A stretch of DNA of 64,000 bases, taken from NCBI GenBank assembly GCA_002269645.1, contig NIVC01000016.1, forward strand, positions 186,001 through 250,000. The letters are read 5' to 3'. Shown piece after piece: positions 61,201 through 64,000 of the stretch. Numbering within the stretch: position 1 is the stretch's first letter; every line of letters begins with the position of its first letter. This DNA comes from Macrostomum lignano. Its lineage: Eukaryota. The notes beneath the pieces were generated by a model, which was not told where the DNA came from, ran no database searches, and worked only from the letters and a program-made list of their open reading frames with translations. Made by a program: the position numbers and the translations under genes.

Positions 61201-64000
61201 CTCAGCAACTGCCCCTGTGAGCCATGGCATCTCAGCAACTGCTGTCTGTGAGCCATGATATCTCAGCAACTGCTTTCTGTGAGCCTTGGCATCTCAGCAA
61301 CTGCTGTCTGTGAGCCTTGGCATCTCAGCAACTGCTGTATGTGAGCCATGGCATCTCAGCAACTGCTGTCTGTGAGCCTTGGCATCTCAGCAACTGCTGT
61401 CTGTGAGCCTTGGCATCTCAGCAACTGCTGTCTGTGAGCCTTGGCATCTCAGCAACTGCTGTCTGTGAGCCTTGGCATCTCAGCAACTGCTGTCTGTGAG
61501 CCATGGCATCTCAGCAACTGCCCCTGTGAGCCATGGCATCTCAGCAACTGCTGTCTGTGAGCCATGACATCTCAGCAACTGCTGTCTGTGAGCCTTGGCA
61601 TCTCAGCAACTGCTGTCTGTGAGCCTTGGCATCTCAGCAACTGCCCTATTATTTTACCTGTATTTCCTGCGACGACTCTGGGGCGACACAAGTGATTCTG
61701 GGACGCTTCTTGGTCTAGGCACCGTTTTCATCGTTTTCATTGGGATTGGAGTCTCATGATTCTTAATAGAGATCAAGTCGGAAGCATGAGTTCCTCACCC
61801 TATTTTGATAATGAAAACTCTTCTCTCGCTAATTCAAGCTCCTACAGGACTGGATTCACCCCCCCCCCTCTCACCACCGCAGTCAGCCGCCTGAGCGCAG
61901 ATCTCTACGCCACTACGTATCAATAATGTACATCGATCCGCGCATGAAGGTGTACATCCAGAACAAGAAGGTGCAGACCCGCATGCTGCTGTCCTGCCTG
62001 TACAAGCCGCTGCAATACAATTACGCCTCTCGCACATTCCGCAATCGGGCGGAAGCGGAAGCCAGCAGATCCAAAGAGGAAACTAAGCAGGCCGATATGC
62101 GAGTGCGCGAGTTCGAGTCCCGCCTGCGCGATCTGGAGCAGCGGCTGGGAGAAGCGCCAGTGGATACCGCCGATAGGATTGCGCTGCGCAAGGCGCGGGA
62201 CGCCCTGGCTTCTAGCAAGCGGGAGGCCCAGATGAAGAAGGTGATTTAGGGGGAGCGGATCTCTTAATTAGTCCTGTTTGGCAATTCGTTTTGTACATTT
62301 TTCAGTTGACAATCGCCCATCTATCTACTCGGAATTTTCCCCCGAGAATGGCCGTCGACCTCCCGAGAATGGCCATCAACCTCACCAAGAATATTGCCCT
62401 CAGTCCTTATTAAAAATCACCCGTAAACCTCCCTGAAGAATCACTCTTCAACCTCTCTAAGAATCGCCCTCAGCCACTCTAAGAATAACCATCAACCTCA
62501 CCAAGAATCGCCCCCAGCCCTCACCAAAAATTGCCTTCAACCTCACCAAGAATGGCCCTCAACCTTCCCAAAGAATAGCCGTCGACCTCCCGAGAGTGGC
62601 CATCGACCTCAACAAGAATCGCCCTCAACCTTCCCAAGAATCGCCCTTAACCTCACCAAGAATCGCCCTCAACCTCACCAAGAATCGCCCTCAACCTCAC
62701 CACGAATCGCCCTCAACCTCACCAAGAATCGCCATCAACCTTTCCAAGAATCGCCCTCAACCTCACCAAGAATCGCCCTCAACCTCACCAAGAATCGCCC
62801 TCAACCTCACCACGAATCGCCCTCAACCTCACCAAGAATCGCCCTCAACCTCACCACGAATCGCCCTCAACCTCACCAAGAATCGCCATCAACCTTTCCA
62901 AGAATCGCCCTCAACCTCACCAAGAATCGCCCTCAACCTCACCAAGAATCGCCCTCAACCTCACCAAGAATCGCCCTCAACCGCCTCACCGCAGGTGATG
63001 GCCCAGAAGAAGCAGAAAGCGCTGAAGGAGCCGAAGACGCTGACATTTTACTTCGGCGTGAACCTGGAGCAGCGCAACATGTACGGCATGTTCGTGTACA
63101 ACTGTTCCCGCCTCATCAAAATGTACGAACGCACCGGGCCCCAGCTGGACAGCGGCCAGACCTGCCGAGGCGTGGTCGGCATTGTGAACGTTCCCTACAT
63201 CCTGCTCATGCCGACCCACAGCAAGCAGGACTTTGCCGACGCCAAAGAGTACAGAGCCCTGCTCAGGGCCATGTCCGACCATCTCATGCAGTACTGGGAC
63301 GACATCGGGATTGAGAAGCGGCCGGGCGGTGTCGACGCTTTCTGGGCCGAGTTCGGCTACTTGAAAGCCAAGTGGAGCGAGCCGCCGTCGCAGGAGCCGA
63401 AGTACGCCAAGAAGCGGGCCATCAGCCTGCAGACTCACGTGCAGTGCAACCGCTGCTTGAAATGGCGAATACTGCCGTTCCAGTCTAATCAGGTGAATGA
63501 ATCAGCTGCCCTGATAGCCAGCTGGAATATCTACAACAATCGCCCTTATTTACCTATCCAACAATCGCCTTTATTTACTTATCCAACAATCGCCCTTATT
63601 TATAATCGCCGCTCTATAAAAATGTCTAAAAATCGCACTAATCTGCCACTTAAATCCCGGCCACAGGTGGGCAAGTCGGTGCCGGACAACTGGGAGTGCA
63701 AGGACAATCCGGACAATGCGCACAAGCGCTGCTCTGAACCGGAGCAGATCCTAGCCGTGCCAGTCCGGGTGCTGAAGCGCAAGATCAAAACCAAGGAGCA
63801 GCGGCAGCAGGAGCTGGAGGACATGATCAAGCGGCGCCAGGCCGAGCTCGAGAAGCTCACAGGCGGCCAGGCTGTCCGCGGCCGCCAGCCAGCCAAGCGC
63901 GACGAGGAAGACGATTCTGAGGAGGAGGAGGAAGAAGAGTCCGAGGAGGAAGAGGAGGAGGAGCCCCCGGCTAAGCGGAGAGCCTCGCAGCAGCAGCAAC
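58269..64000 (+). CDS. MORC2: MORC2-like GHKL ATPase with CC1 insertion, S5 fold and CW zinc finger (3'-partial)
   Basis: Exons 58269-58327, 58433-58486, 58579-58613, 59380-59971, 61883-62240, 62995-63492, 63667->64000; all GT-AG and phase-consistent. [40 protein letters not shown]; DNGCGMDP; [16 protein letters not shown]; PERRSLR..MYIDPRM; coiled-coil insertion; [24 protein letters not shown]; CW finger [22 protein letters not shown]. Closely follows human MORC2 as I recall it. Confidence 0.95.
58775..59300. repeat. 15-bp minisatellite (TATCTCTAGACACAA) with higher-order repeats, MORC intron 3
   Basis: Tandem copies; a ~60-bp higher-order block recurs. Confidence 0.9.
60268..61645. repeat. 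~31-bp minisatellite (TGTGAGCC[A/T]TGGCATCTCAGCAACTGCTGTC), MORC intron 4
   Basis: About 44 copies. Confidence 0.97.
62340..62985. repeat. 22-bp minisatellite (AAGAATCGCCCTCAACCTCACC), MORC intron 5
   Basis: Diverged copies 5', homogeneous copies 3', running into the acceptor at 62994. Confidence 0.95.

Noticed and set aside
59394-63999. Minus-strand ORFs opposite MORC exons
   Set aside because: Antisense shadows of GC3-rich coding exons.

Overview
Eukaryotic (animal) genomic DNA, not prokaryotic: GT-AG introns, GC-rich exons with polyQ/A/G tracts, and dense micro/minisatellites. The style resembles the flatworm Macrostomum, but that is inference only. Five spliced genes were rebuilt by hand with phase-consistent junctions. 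Four are on the minus strand: an orphan type I membrane protein (11506->4236), a RING/B-box/NHL (TRIM-NHL) protein (23835->21239), a long coiled-coil protein with possible ICE1-like N-terminus (>=28900->25628), and a FAM155/NALF (NALCN auxiliary, Mid1/NLF-1 family) homolog (45724->33766). A MORC2-like GHKL ATPase/CW-finger gene diverges on the plus strand (58269->beyond 64000). Most ORFs in the supplied track are repeat artefacts. The most striking feature is a sharply bounded AT-rich domain (~47.5-59.3 kb) almost free of CpG. Repeats, a SINE and MORC exons 1-3 inside it show directional C->T/G->A erosion, including CpA/TpG->TpA, while MORC exons 4-7 are CpG-rich. This looks like local methylation-driven or RIP-like hypermutation. 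Several minisatellites are multimers of known TF motifs (RFX X-box, NF-Y CCAAT, kB-like). No CRISPR, rRNA or true tRNA genes were found.
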